Shown here: piece by piece, positions 1-13,057 of the stretch | Layout: every line of letters starts with the position of its first letter | How positions within the stretch are numbered: the stretch's first letter is position 1 | Assembly: GCA_013265495.1 (NCBI GenBank) | Contig: MU058009.1 | Coordinates: 498,001-562,000, forward strand | Direction: 5' to 3' | DNA length: 64,000 bases | From: Vicugna vicugna | Lineage: Eukaryota | Program-made: the position numbers and the translations under genes | Notes under the pieces: model-generated | Told to the model about the DNA's origin: nothing | What the model saw: only the letters and a program-made list of their open reading frames with translations | Database searches by the model: none

Positions 1-3000
1 TCCAATATCATGTATGAAAAATCCAGTTCTTACATGGCTATCTTCATGGAAGAGACACAATTTTGTGTTCTGTTTCCCTCTTATCTGTGTTTAATCACAT
101 TTCCTTAGGAGGATGTGTCAATGTGCCTTCCCTCTCTCAGGGAGATTTTCTTTAAGTAAACAGAAATCTGGTCACCAAAATGCTACCACCTGACATCTTT
201 GCCTATATTCATTGATTTCATTACTTCATCTGAACAATAATTTTTTTTTTTTAAAAAGGAAGCCCAGGATTCTTCAACCTTGTGAAATAAGCAAACAATC
301 GTCTCATCATTCAGCCAGCAACATAGTGTTCCTCGGCCTGTTGTTTTCAGCTTGTCTAATTATCCCAGAAAGAATAGCTATGGTAAACATCCTCATATTG
401 GCAAATATGCTTTTGATTTAAGAAATTTAATAGAGGAAAATGCTGGAAGCCTTGTAGTCATCTCTGCTATATTTAGAGGGAAACAGCCATCTCTCTGCAG
501 TTATCATTTGGTATGAGCTTTAGGCACTCCATGTTCTTCTTTCCTTTCTTCTTTTTTCTTTATAAACTTTTTTTTTTGTCTCCACCCCCCACCCCAGGTT
601 AAGAATGCAGGGATCATAGTTGCACAATTATTAAGACGAGGCCACTTAAATTTCACCCTCCATAGATACAGTGTCGGTGGCAGTGTTTAATTAGAGATTA
701 AAATCGAAGAACTGAATAATTGGGGTTGCTAATGAATTTGGAAACTCAGCAAAGCAAGGAGAGCTGGGCATTTTTCTGGCTTTGGTTTTCTTTTTCTTGA
801 ACCCTTTTTCATTTCCCTCAATGATCACATTTCTGGCCCTGACCGCTCAGTTTATTACTACTCATACCCTTGGCCTAAGTGAAGACAAAAAAGCTGCAGC
901 CTCTTTGCTGAGTTCCCGGAGCCGTTCAGTCTATTGGATTTACAGCATGTTCAGGGGTCGTGATTGCAGGAGGCTGGCAATGATGAAAATGAGATATGCG
1001 AGGGCACCGACAATTTCTGTAATCACCCTAATAGGTCAGCATGACAATGGATGCTGCCAGCTGGAAAAATAAGGAGATGGTCCTAAATCAAAGAAATTTC
1101 CAAATATCGCAAGTCCTTCTGCCCCCTTGCCCCCGCAGGGAGACCGGGTTATCTGGGCACCTTGCCTGGGAGGTGCACGTTAGCTTCAGGTGCCCAACAA
1201 TGAATGTAGTCCCTTGGTTTACCCTGAAACACAATCGACCCTCCCCAAGGTGGTCCTATGATACCCTTGCCCTGGGTAGATAGCACACTTCAAGCCCAAC
1301 CTGGAGGTAATTCTCAAGCAGGGATTTCTGCATTGGGAGGTGGCTGGATTGTAAGACCTCGAAGGTTCTTTGCAACTCTGAAATGCTATGATTTTACGAA
1401 AACAGCAAAGAGCAAACTGCCTGGCTCTAAGAGGCCCATCCCCTTGGAAACCTCTTTTTAATACAAAGGCAAAGCTTTTAGGACTATTTTTATCAGTTGG
1501 ACACTGGACTTCAGATGATGCATTTCAAGCTTCATTTGGCACAAAATCTAGGTGGTTTAAACCAGCCTTCAACGTAAACATCTGCATTTTTATGGCCAAA
1601 GGCCCCCACACTTATGATTACTTGCTATTTTGCTGTTGCTGGTTAAATTGTGCCCTGATATTTACTGCATCTCTGGCTCTAATCAGAACTGATTACTCAC
1701 AGGGATATTACAGTTGTTAAAGAGACCCGGTCTGAAGCAACATCAATATGACAGACTTCCGGTCACAAAATCTTTTATGAATAAGGGGTCATTCCTAGTA
1801 ACATTTCCTTAAGACTTCTTAGCCACACTTCTTAGTTCGGCTTCTGCTGCTTTTCCACTGATGAGTCTAAGTCGATGTTTTTGACAGCAGGGAAAGAAAT
1901 AATCTGTTTTATAAGACTGCTCTTACTTGGACCAAGAAAGTCTGTCTCCTGCTACCACTCAGCACATCTATAGCTTAGGGGGAAGGTGATCAAGGAGGGA
2001 GGTCTGCATAGTGTACATATTTAATCTTGCCTTATCTACTCTTATTCCACGTTCACTCAATGTTTGGAACACTCTCTTTGTGTCTGTAAGCATCAGGGCT
2101 ATTCCTCTGAGACAGTAAGACCCCAGAGAATAGAAACTGTGAAAATGCTCTTTGAAGGTGTCTAGGACAGAGGATTGTTATGCATGCAAAGAATAACTGA
2201 CTGCAGATGATGATGAAATGGTGACATAAAATCCCATCTTCAGATTGGCATTTGTGGCAGTGCTTCAGAGGAGATGTTAACGGGGGTCTGGGTCATCCCC
2301 TGGTCTGGCAAAAAGGGCAGTGCTATGTCTAAAGTCCACTTTGTATCACTGATGGATGGCCCTGATGCCACATCGCTCGATTTGTAGAGGGGGGGGCTGG
2401 GCTCGATTCAGAGGGGTTTCTCCTTGAAGATGGGACCCACCGGGCACACGTGGATGGAGGAGATGGTTAATGGCTTTCAGTGAAGGTGAGGCTCACACAG
2501 GGGGCTGCTAGTTGTGGGTCTGAACCAGGTAGACGGGCTTCTGGTGAGATTCATGGACATCCTCTAACCTTCAACTGTCTTGTTCTCTCATTTGCAAAGT
2601 GGTATCCTGGGTGAACAGCCCTAAATAACTGTGATTCATCAACATGCCAGGTAGGCACTTCCATGCTGCCCTTTCTCGTTGGGATTCCTAGTCGAGGAGA
2701 CCATGTGTGGTATTTACTGTTCCTCGCCGTGGTCAGAGAGTGGGGAGAGAGGGTCTTTTTTTTAGGTTTTACTGGACTTGTCCTACTTGCGACCCGTAAG
2801 CACATTGCAAGCCTCAGCCCTCGCGCTGGACTGGCATGGGATTCAGTTGCTGAAAGGCTCCACCACTGTCTAACCCGTCTGGCTGTGAACCTTTAACAAA
2901 ACACGGGAGACACACGTGAGATGGAGTCATTGCCCACCTCCACGGCCGACAACACAGAGCCCGATCCCATCTGCCGGCTGCCACTCCGTGCTGAGCTGCT

Positions 3001-5095
3001 GGGGAGCGGCTGCAGCGGGGATGAGACTCCCCGAAGGGTCCAGGGTGCTCCTGTTCACACCTAGCGGCGCCAGCGTCCTGGTCCAGCTGCGCAAAGTGGG
3101 GAAGCCCAGCGGAGACAAAACAGCTGACAGGCAGAGCCATTCTGTTTGGGGTTTGTACACAGAGTTGTCAGTTCAGGTCTCCGGGTCAAAATCCATTTTA
3201 TCTGCTAAAGTAGAAGCTTTGTAGAACAAAATGCCAGGCGGACTTCAAGGCTGGGCGGGGTGCAGAGCCCCAGGCCCAGCCCGGCCTGCCCCTCTCCGAG
3301 TCCTCTCACTGCAGACACTGGCCCTCGGTCTCCCCACGCCCCCCCTCTCCTTTGAAGACTTTTGATGGGCCTCTTTCTGCCCCTTGACCACTAGAGAGGC
3401 AGGCGGTTCAAAGACGTGGCTCCCAGTCTCTGAAATCAAAGTCATCTTGCCTTGCGAGGCTGCAGAGGTCTTTTTGTTGCTGGTGTGGGTTTTGCTAAAG
3501 AGAAGCATTTGAAGGTAGAGAGGCTGAGAAAGAACGGGGAGCCTTAGTCTTTTATAAACAGAAGAAAACTGAGGCTTAGAAAAGGGGAATATTACCAGCA
3601 AGATTACTCCCAGAGATGAGTCACAGGCCCTCCCTGATGGCAAGGACCTACCAAACAATTTCCTTGCTCCCTCTGCCCGGTAACCTGACTCTCCTCCAGC
3701 AGACAAGCCGATGGGGAGTCTCCTGCCACACACAGTGGTGTTTTTCCTTCAGATCTCATTTCCTTTCACTGTTTTCAGCATGTATGGGAACATTATATTC
3801 ACCAATAATTAGGAATCGTATTAAAAACAGAAGGTGTGAATTGCACATGTTATGAAACAAATTAGATCTTCCAGAAAGTTTGCAATCCCTTCAGACCCTA
3901 ATCTCTCCTGTGTAGCCCCACGTCGGAGGCTGCATCTGGCCTCTCGCTGGGATATCTGCCTCGTTGGGGGCTGTTCTGCCTTTCTGGGGGGCACCGGGGA
4001 AATCAGAGTGGCTTGGCGGAACCCCACTTTTTTCTGCTTCCGAGTTATTCTAGTTGACAGAGGAAAAGCATGAAGAAAGGTTCACCGTTTGGACATCCAA
4101 AGAGAAGAGGGAAGCAAACCCATGAAGGAAGCCTCAGTTACCTTACTTTTTCAAATGAGAGCATCTCTCTGACATGTGTCCAATTACCCACGTGGAGCCC
4201 GGCACACAGTCCATGAACCAGTCAGTAGAGGGTTGCACCTGAATTTCGACTTGAGATTTGATCAGAGTGCAAAGCTACGTCTCTTCCAGTTGGAAATGCC
4301 CTTGCACTCTTTCCCCAGAACCCTGATCTTCAGACACAGTGACTGATCTTAAGCTCCACACGCACCCACATTGACCGTGAACCCGTGCCTCTCCTGACGG
4401 GGAGGACTCTGCACATCATCACATCATCATCTGTCAAGTATCATTATGACTGCATTCACCAAAGACTATCACAGTGTCCCCAAGACCTTGGGATGGCAGC
4501 AATAGAGAGGAAATTGCAATGGGAGGTCATTAACAATGGCACATAACACAGTGAAATATAAGAGACACCTTGTAGATTCCAGGCCAGGCAAGGAAACTTT
4601 CGCTGGAAAGACAGACTGTAAAGTATAAGAGAACTTTGGCAACATAAGAGAAAAAAAAAGTATAGGATTGGAGGTCTGCTAGCACTCCTAGCATTTGTCG
4701 AAAAAGCCTTCTGAGCACCAGCTGTGGCAGGGCTCAGAGCTCAACCTCGGAGCCACAGAGATGAAAGGGTCTTTCCCTGAGGCTAACAGAAATATGGACT
4801 GAATTGTAAACAGAAAATTAAAGCAGAGTGATGGAGATGAACACGACGCCACAGAGTCCGGCTTCTGCTGCCCTCCAGCCTCGTCTCTTCCTGCCCTCCC
4901 TCCGGCTCAGTTTCTGCACTTTCTCCATCTCTTCCAGGCCCTTCCCTTGCTAGGGCCTCTCCACTTGCCCACCTCTCTGCCTGGGCTTCTCTTCCTCTGG
5001 GGATCTGAGTGGCTCGCCCCCTCACGGTCTTCAGATCTTTACCCACATGTCGCCTTTTCCACAGAACCTCCCTTGACCACCTGATATGAAAAGGG

Positions 5096-5096
<1 letters not shown>

Positions 5097-5142
<46 letters not shown>
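5097..5142. repeat. (TG)23 microsatellite
   Basis: Directly visible perfect dinucleotide run. Confidence 0.98.
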
Positions 5143-5143
<1 letters not shown>

Positions 5144-5211
5144 CCGAATCACTGTGTTGTGCACCAGAAATGAACATATTGTAAACTGACTCTACTTCAA
5201 TTAAAAAAAAA
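5143..5211 (+). mobile_element. L1 3'-terminal fragment (cetartiodactyl type) with A-tail
   Basis: 'gaatcactgtgttgtgcaccagaaatgaacatattgtaaactgactctacttcaattaaaaaaaa' matches the L1 ends at 54.6-54.7 kb (+) and 58.6 kb (-) in this window. Confidence 0.85.
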
Positions 5212-5536
5212 TTTTTTAAGGAATTATGCCACCACCCATATGACCCTCAAACCTCTCCCCTGCTTTATCTCCCTCCACTGCACTCATTATCTAACTTACC
5301 AAATCTGTTGTTTATTTTATTTTTTATCCTGACTCCCCTCATCTGCACCTAAGTTCCATGACGGCAAGACCCTCTGTTCTGGTTACTGCGGTGTCTCCAG
5401 TTTCCAGATACGTAACAGACATTGATAAATACTGATTAAACAGATGAATCTAGGTGGACATTCCAGCTGGTAGCTTCTAAATTCACACATACTGAAGAGC
5501 TAAAGAGATTTTTGTGATCATTTTGTCCAACCAAAA

Positions 5537-5779
5537 GCAGGGGCTCTGGAGCCAGACTGCCTGGGTTCAAACCTGAGCTCCATCACTGGATAGCTGTGTG
5601 ACCTTTGGCAAGTCATGCAACCTCTCTGTGCCTCAGTTTTCTCATATGTAACATGGGGGAAGTAACAGTGACACTCTCATAGGGTTGTTATGAAGATTGA
5701 TTGTAATTATACAAAATTCTTAGAATAGTCATGGTTTAAGGTAAGCATCATAGAAGCATTCACTATTTTTATTATTATT
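5537..5779 (+). mobile_element. MIR SINE, near full length
   Basis: 'ctctggagccagactgcctgggttcaaacc...gctgtgtgacctttggcaagtca...ctctgtgcctcagttttctcatatgtaacatggg...cataggg ttgttatgaagatt', ending in an (att)n tail. Confidence 0.92.
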
Positions 5780-5821
5780 AAGAAAAACAAAAGCTATGAG
5801 AGTTAAGTAACTTGCTCTAAA

Positions 5822-6180
5822 CCATTCACTCATTCATCCATTCATTCAACAAATTTAAGTGTCTCCTGTTACCAGAACCTGGGGATTCTGCAACAGATTA
5901 AATATGACAGTTCTTTCTTTTGTGAAACCTGTAACCTAAGTAGAGAGTTGAATGTTGAACACAGAGTCATGTAAATATTTATTCACAATTTAGGTGAGCG
6001 CTATGAAGATATAGGGCCCCGTGATCCTGAGGGATAGGAGACCTACTCTGTATTCTCCAGGTGCTAAGGGGAAACGGAGAGGCATCCTTGGAGAAATGGC
6101 ATACAAGCTGAGATCTGAAGGCTGAGCAGAAATGAGCCAATGGGGCAGGGAAGGGAGAAGAAGGAGTTAACAGGAATGGT
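5822..6180 (-). mobile_element. L2 LINE 3' end
   Basis: 'cattcattcaacaaattt' is the reverse-complement L2 tail; it is followed by 'caagctgagatctgaaggctgagcagaaatgagcca'. Confidence 0.7.
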
Positions 6181-7404
6181 GGACCTAAAATCCAGATCCC
6201 AGCTGGGGGCTCTTTCCATCATCAGTTTATAGCCATAGGATTGAGTGTGGACATTCTCACCAGCCTGACATGTTCTCAGAACAAGAGAGCAAGAAAGACT
6301 CTTTGTAGTTGCAGAAGACACCAGGCACAGTACATAGTGCATCCAGGCTGCCCCAGGGTGAAGGCTCAACCTGCTGCACACCAGCTCACGGGACGTGGCT
6401 CTGGTGATGAGGTGGTGGTCTCCGGTCAGACATGCGCCCCCCAACACAGGCACCCCCTGGGTAATTTACAACTGAGACTGGACTCTGTTGACTGGGGTCG
6501 TAACAGCCCATCTCCGTGGGGTCTTCCACTCTTTCAGGAGCGAGGCATCTCCTGGGAGGCCTGGAGGAGGCAGGGATGCACTTTGTTCTCCATAAACTCA
6601 GAAGAGGCAGCATCCCAACCTCAGAGATGACCTTTTGTGACTATTGTCTCAGCATTGGTGGAAATGGCTGTGCAAGGGGCTGAGGCATCTCCGTTGTAAA
6701 ACACGTGGTTAAAATATGCATTAATCCCGGGGAGGGTGTTATGCGAGATTCAGATATATGGTCTGTGATATGGATAGGATATATTTTTTTATTGCAATAA
6801 TAAGTTTCTCAACTCCTAATGGACCCTGCATTAACTGAAGATGACAGGGAGCGAGGGATGGAAAGCCGGCAATTTGTGAAGGTTGCAGAGCAGCAGTTCC
6901 AAGGGTTGTAAAAGATAAAACATTTCAGAGTCATTAAAATCACCCTAAATTGTCAACCTGAACTCAGAGCAACAAGCCTAACTCAGTCCTGAGTCTATCA
7001 CCGGGCAGGCTTTTCCTTACGGTGCGTCAGCACCCTGGAATCGACATACGGTTCAATCTTCTACTCCCAGGAGCACCCAGGCTTTGTAAAGACCCCCTCT
7101 GTGGATGTGGATTCTGCCTGCTTAGGAAGGGAAAGGGGGCAGCTGTTTGATGGATACCCAGCCCCTGGGATAAAGGCGCTTATTTAAAAGAAGAGTAAGG
7201 GGTCAACCAAGGAGCACTTTGCAGAGAAGGGATCGTCTAGGGGGAGTTTCTAGGCTTCTTTGGATTGGAGGCTAGCAAGTATAAAGGTACTGAAATCCTC
7301 GATTGGGACTTTGTAGTTGTCCATCTGGGTGACAAGGTGCGTAACAAGGACTTGAGAAGCCTGTGCTCAGACCTGGGGTCAGTGGGGAGTTTCCACGATA
7401 CATC

Positions 7405-7615
7405 TTACTATGATTTACTAAGAGCTTACCAAGGCTCAGACCCCTGTGGAGGGACTGTCATAAACGAACCGATTCAATTCTCAGAGCAATCCCATGAAGG
7501 AAATAAGAGTATTCCCATTTCATGGATGATGAAATTGAGCAAGTTTCTCAGCCCCTCCAAGACTCAAAAATCACATGGCTAATAAGGCAGCTGGGCTGGG
7601 CCCCAGAGCCCAGAG
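7405..7615 (-). mobile_element. MIR SINE, degraded
   Basis: 'caatcccatgaagg...attcccatttcatggatgatgaaattgag...atcacatggctaataaggcag'. Confidence 0.65.
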
Positions 7616-10519
7616 AACCAATCTACATTCACACGTCAGCCGCGACCTGCCCCGCGTCCCGGGAAACAGTAATAGTCACTCTGACGGAACGCAGTGCGTT
7701 TTCAACACTTCAGGCCCCATTTAGCTGGTGGAGGTAACACCTCTGCTGGAGCGTCGCTGTCCTCCAGTGATACCGAGAGCACAGGAGCCCAGCAGTCGCT
7801 CTGGGCTGGACCCCTGGGCTTAGCACCGAGCAGGACAGAAAGACGTGTTCCAACGGTCAGAAGGAAGGAAGGTAGGGTGGGTCTTCCCTACCTTCCCCCC
7901 TGCAACTGCCCTGGGCCACTGCTCCTCCCCTTGTGTTTCATCCTCTGTGGGGGAGAAAGTCATGGTGATCAGAAGGAGGTGGGGAGGAAGGGATGGGAGG
8001 CAGGGAAGCAGCGAGAAGCAAGAAGCTCCAAGGGGTGACAGCTCGGAGGCACTGCTGATGACAATGATGACTACGGGTTTCCAGGTCCACCCGTCCTCTC
8101 CAAGTAGGAGCCGCCGAGGCGGAAGGAGGCACCCAAAGAACAGGCAGTCTGCATGCTGAGCCGCTTTTTTGAAAGTGGCATTGCGGTCACACTCAGAAAA
8201 CAGTTTCTCACCCGGAATAAGACACTGACATTTGTCTAATTAAAAAACCAAATGGAGATTTTGCAGACAGAGGGAAGCCGCCAATACATCTGCTGGTGAA
8301 GTCTCCATCTGGCCCAATCCAATGTGGACGCTGGTGCAGAGACAGAGCAGGGCATTCTAGCATTAAGACTGCCCAGCCATTAAATTACCTCCACGCCTTG
8401 CTGGCCATCGACAGCCAGAGAAAGGGAGGCTCAGCCCAGATTTGTGTCTGCCCCACTCCTTTCCCTGCAAGAGGAAGGATTTGTCATGTGGGCAAACTCC
8501 CAGGACGCAGCAGGAGGTGGGGGTGGGGGGCAGAGGGATGACTGTGAAGGAACATGTCTCCTCTTCTGGACCCAGTGGCCGGTGGGACATTGTAATGAGA
8601 ACAGCACGTGGGAAGACTTTGTAGAGACCAGGAAAGCAGCCCCGGAGAGTTGCTTCCAGCCCCAGGCACCTAAGGCGAACCCCAAATCATCATTCAGAGC
8701 CCGAGCAAGAGCAGGGCAGTCAAGAAACCTAGATAAAGTGAGTCAAGCCTCCAGAAAGCCAGTCTGGAGACCACTCCTTTCAGAAAGACGGGGTAGGGTG
8801 GACACATAGGCAGCCATTAGCACAGTCACCTTCCCCAGAGATGCTCAAGTCCACACCTCCAGCAGGCTGACCTGGCCCAACGGGGCTCTCGGGATGTAAA
8901 GGTGCTGCCCAGGTGCGGAGAGCTGGTCTCCCCGCCCCGCCTCTCCCATCTCTTCACCCCTCTGGGCCCTGCCGGTCGCCATCTGAGGCATTGCTCCATT
9001 TCCCTCCACACCAATCGCCCCTCTCCATCTCACACTCCTCCAGTGAGTTTGTGTGAAGGTTTTGGCAGTTTCAGCGGCCCCAGCCCTGAGCACCTCTCAC
9101 ACTACGCATGAACCAAGAGGACATCACACACACAAACAAAACAGGCAACCCACCATGAGCTGCGAGACAGGAATAACTCAGCCTGCCTGTTAGTTTGGAG
9201 TAAGATCTTGATGAACAGAGAAAGGAAGAAGCACTGTGCCTCCATCCAAGAGGCCACGCTGTGTAGCCGTGGGGCCCCTGCCCCTGCCATTCATTAGGTT
9301 TCAGGGTCTTTGTTTTGAATCTAGGCACCACAAAGAATCCTGCTGTATCAGCCTAATTACCAGCCTCTCTCTTGGTTCCCACTGGCGTGGCAGGTGAAGC
9401 GTAGCCAAGACAGACTTGATGCAATAATGGAACCTAGTGATGAACCTGACTCATTATCATAACTACCAGTACCATTTTCTCTTGCTGACCTACTAGGGGG
9501 TGCTGAGTCGTGACATCTGGGGTGAGCTAATCAGTCAAGGCAGGCAAGAGAGGCAGTCTTAAGGGAACCACCAGCTCCCTTGAAAAGGCTCTCAGCCAAG
9601 CAAACGCAGTTAACAGGAGTGGGTGGTAGGCAGGTGAAGTTTAGAATGCACCTCTGACCTAAACTACCCAACGAGATGCGAATGGCCCTGCGCATCTCGC
9701 CCAGCTCCCAACATCCCTCTCCATGAGACATCCGGGATCAGGAGTGGCTGCAGGGGACACCAGATTTCCCAGACACGGTTGGAGAATGTAGTCCACTCTC
9801 TGAGACCCATTCGACTCCTCCTCCATTGAACAGCAGCAGTACTCTTTAGGGAAATGGCCAGCTGGTCACTCCCTGGATAAGACTGACTGGTCTGAGGGCT
9901 CTCCATCCCCTGACAAGTAATCAGTTCAGAGCTGGGCTGGTGCCCCTCTTTGGACCCGTGAGGCGCAGGGCTGCCGAGGCTGCTTGGGAGCTCATGTCAC
10001 TCTTAAGAGAGAGTGATGGGAAGCCACACACACTCTCTCTCTGGATATAAACCCAGAATCACGTTGCCAAGGTTGATGTCGGCAGCTCTCTGAGGCCATC
10101 CGTGGTAGAAGGGGCCAAGACAAAGAGGGAGAAATAGACCCTGTGCCTTCCTTCAACAGTACCTCGCTCTGAACTTCTGGTTATGTTGGCAACATTTTTT
10201 TTTATGGCTTTAGACAATTGGAGTCAGTTTCTGTTCCTTGAAGCCCAAAGAATACTTCTGGAAGAAGAAGTACCTCCTTCCATGTCTGCCTGGGAAGACT
10301 AGTGCTGACCAAAGACACTGGAAGTGACCTAGCAGAAGAGAGGACACATGGACCGTAAGGGCTGCAAAGCCAAGGAGGAGCGCCTGTGACTGGGGCCCGT
10401 ATCCACGCTTCGGAGGGGGCTCCGTCCTGGGCAGCACATTACTCCATGCTCAGGAGGAACAGGCCAGCCCTCCCTCCTTCGAATACCGTCAATCAGGAGC
10501 ACTAGGGGAGGCTATATTT

Positions 10520-10925
10520 TGCTCCCCACTCCTGGGCCCCGCCCCCTTTGCCATGTGACTTGTAGTGTTCCCTGTAGGCACGGTTTTCTTCCTCACCTCT
10601 TAGCCTGGCTTACACTGGCCCCTGCTTTAGCACTCGCTTTGGCTGACGGAATACGAGGAAATAAGATATATGCCACGTGTGAGCAGACGCTTGGACGGTA
10701 GGTGTCTGATTGGCGTGGCCAATTTCTGCCCTCAGTCATGAGAAAGAAACGTCTCCGATTGGTGGTCCTCCTTCAACCAGGACCCTAAAATGAAGTGACA
10801 TGGAGGAGAGGCACAGCTGACCCACAGCCCCCCAAGTGACATTAACGAGAGGTCAGTATTTCCTGCTGGAGGCCACTGAGATGCTAAAGTTGTCTGCTAT
10901 GGCAGCCAAGCTAAGACAAGTGTAC
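10520..10925 (+). mobile_element. MaLR MLT1-type LTR, old
   Basis: 'ttgccatgtgacttgtagtg...ctttggctgacggaat...gccactgagatg...gttgtctgctatggcagc...aca'. Subfamily not resolved. Confidence 0.65.
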
Positions 10926-12534
10926 ATGAAGCACGACTACATGCTTAGGACTCTGCAGAGTGATTTGGAAGACACGGAGCTATGAGGCACGGTTTCTGTT
11001 CTCAGAAAGTTCACAGACACAGTAAGCTCCAGAAAGAATGATGGAGAGTACAAAATTCAGGGAAACATTAGACACAGAGACTGTGGGGGCCATCAGAATT
11101 CAGAAGAAAGGAGACCAGACACGACTACTCTCGCTCGCACAATCTTCAAAAATGGACGGGACTTGGAAAGTCCCGGGCAGGCTTCACCGCAGGTGGATGC
11201 CAAGGCCTGAACAGCGGAAGATTCTCCAAGCACCTTGCCAGGTGGCCTCGGTGAAAGGAGGGGCATCGTAAATGCCTGGGTAGCACACATGCCACTTTTC
11301 CTCCTGCCTGCTGGAGGCGAAGAAGCTGAGACTTTCACTTCCATGTTTGAATGAAAATATCTTAGTGTACAAATTAGCACTTTACAATTAATTATGCAGA
11401 GCAAGCAATACACATGAGACCTCAATATTATGACAGCTTGGAAATTTACTGTTTTCGAACTTGAAGATGCAACCAGTCTTGCCAAATGTATGTTGAAAAG
11501 TAGCACAAAATTAGACAATCACCATCTTAATTTTGTGCATTCACAGCACATCTGTGGGTCAGTGCAAACACCACAAACAACTCAGCGTGTGATAACCTGA
11601 CATCCCCCTAAGACTCTGACCTGAAAAACCAACGTTCCTTAATTAGGCCTTTCCTTCCCCTTCTGCCCTTGGGGAGAAGGGATTGTTATGAAAAAGATAT
11701 GATTGCACTATATTGAAGTTCACCAGGCATCTCAAATGGTTTGGGCTTGATAAAAAATAGCAGATTTCATGGCTGGAAACTTCCCTCCAGAATTTGTAAG
11801 CACCATGTGGCTACCAAGGGGAATTTCATCTGTATGTTTCTGATTCCTTTACACTTAAATCATTAAAAGATTTTCGAGGGTTCTGAAGTCCAAAACCTCT
11901 CCGGAGCCACTCTCTTCCCCCCAGCATATTTTTCATTTCTTTTCATAAAATTTAGGAAATTGAATTCTAGCTCTAGATTTAAAAGAAAAGAAAAAGCAGC
12001 TACTTGCCAATGATAGTGGCTAAGGATTAAAATCTGACTTCTGAACATTTGTCCTGGGGTCCATCCGTCTGGTGAATGTTTATCTATTCTCACTGGGCCC
12101 GTATCTCAGATGGTAGAGATCTGACCAATTACGATTCTGGAAAAGAGGTCAGGAAATACATACTTTGCTTTACTCCTTGGAGTATACAGTTTTGTCCAAG
12201 ACAAATCAAGATAGTCGGCTTGAATGGAGAGAGCAGAACTGTGATCTTAGGAGCTGGATAAGGCCTAGACTACCATTTATTCGAGTCTTTACCAGAGCAG
12301 GGCAAGGCCCAGCTTGACAGTTTTTAAATCTCTTCCTGTGTTCTGTCCTGGTAGTTGATATTGCTTTAGTTGCACTGTATTCAACTTCTTCTTTATTATA
12401 GTTGACATAACCTGATCTTACTCTTAGGTAAAAGCATTTCCCGTTTTCCCATTCCCTGAGAGGCCTGAACCCAGTCTTGAAATGGATCATACTAAGTGTT
12501 TGCAAATATCAAACGGTTTCACAAAGGATCCAGT

Positions 12535-12656
12535 GTGCAATGCAGGCTCCATGATGGTGAAGGCCTCATCTGTCTTCTTCCTGGAGCATCCTCCAGGCCC
12601 AGAGCAGTGTCTGGTACATACAGATGATGAGAAATATTTGTTAAATGAATGAATAA
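12535..12656 (+). mobile_element. L2 3' terminus
   Basis: 'gctccatga...cccagagcagtgtctggtacatacag...aaatatttgttaaatgaatgaataa'. Confidence 0.8.
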
Positions 12657-12880
12657 GAGTCTAATCATATGAAAAATGCATTCAACCTGTTCACAGCACT
12701 TCCATGCCGATGGATGAATTGTGGTCTGAATGGGTAACATAGGAAAAGCCATCCCTAGTTCACTTACAAAGCAGCTGAGGCAAGTAACTTAAGTTCTTAC
12801 AAAGCCAGTCAATGGGAAAACCAGAGTAGACGTCAAGTCACCTGATTCTTAGAATGCGCTATTTTTTTTTTCATGTAGAT

Positions 12881-13057
12881 CGGTGTTTCTGAAGGTTTAG
12901 CATGCCTCAAGATCACCTGGAGGATTTATTGAAACACAAATTGCTGAGCTCCAGCCCCAGAGTATTAATTAAGCAGGTCTGGGGGAGGCCTGAAATCTGC
13001 ATTTTCACTAAGTTTCCAGATGATACTGGTCCTGGGACCACACTTTGAGAACCACTC
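12881..13057. mobile_element. MER5A-like hAT-Charlie DNA transposon
   Basis: 'gcatgcctcaagatcacctggagg...caggtctggggg aggcctgaaatctgcatttt...ctggtcctgggaccacactttgagaaccact'. Confidence 0.85.

Larger units (their letters stand above)
4900..5450 (+). mobile_element. L2 LINE 3' end, interrupted by a (TG)n/L1-tail insertion
   Basis: L2 3' motifs 'ctctgcctgg...ccctcacggtcttcagatctttacccacatgtc' and terminal 'aagttccatgacggcaagac...tctccag...ataaatactgattaaacagatgaat'. Boundaries approximate. Confidence 0.7.

Noticed and set aside
6241..6630. 'VVVSGQ' resembling an Ig-domain peptide of KIRREL3
   Set aside because: Only six residues match; the flanks do not, and I see no splice sites bounding it.
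7026..7045. REST/NRSE site ('tcagcaccctggaatcg')
   Set aside because: The left half matches, but the GGACAG right half is broken.
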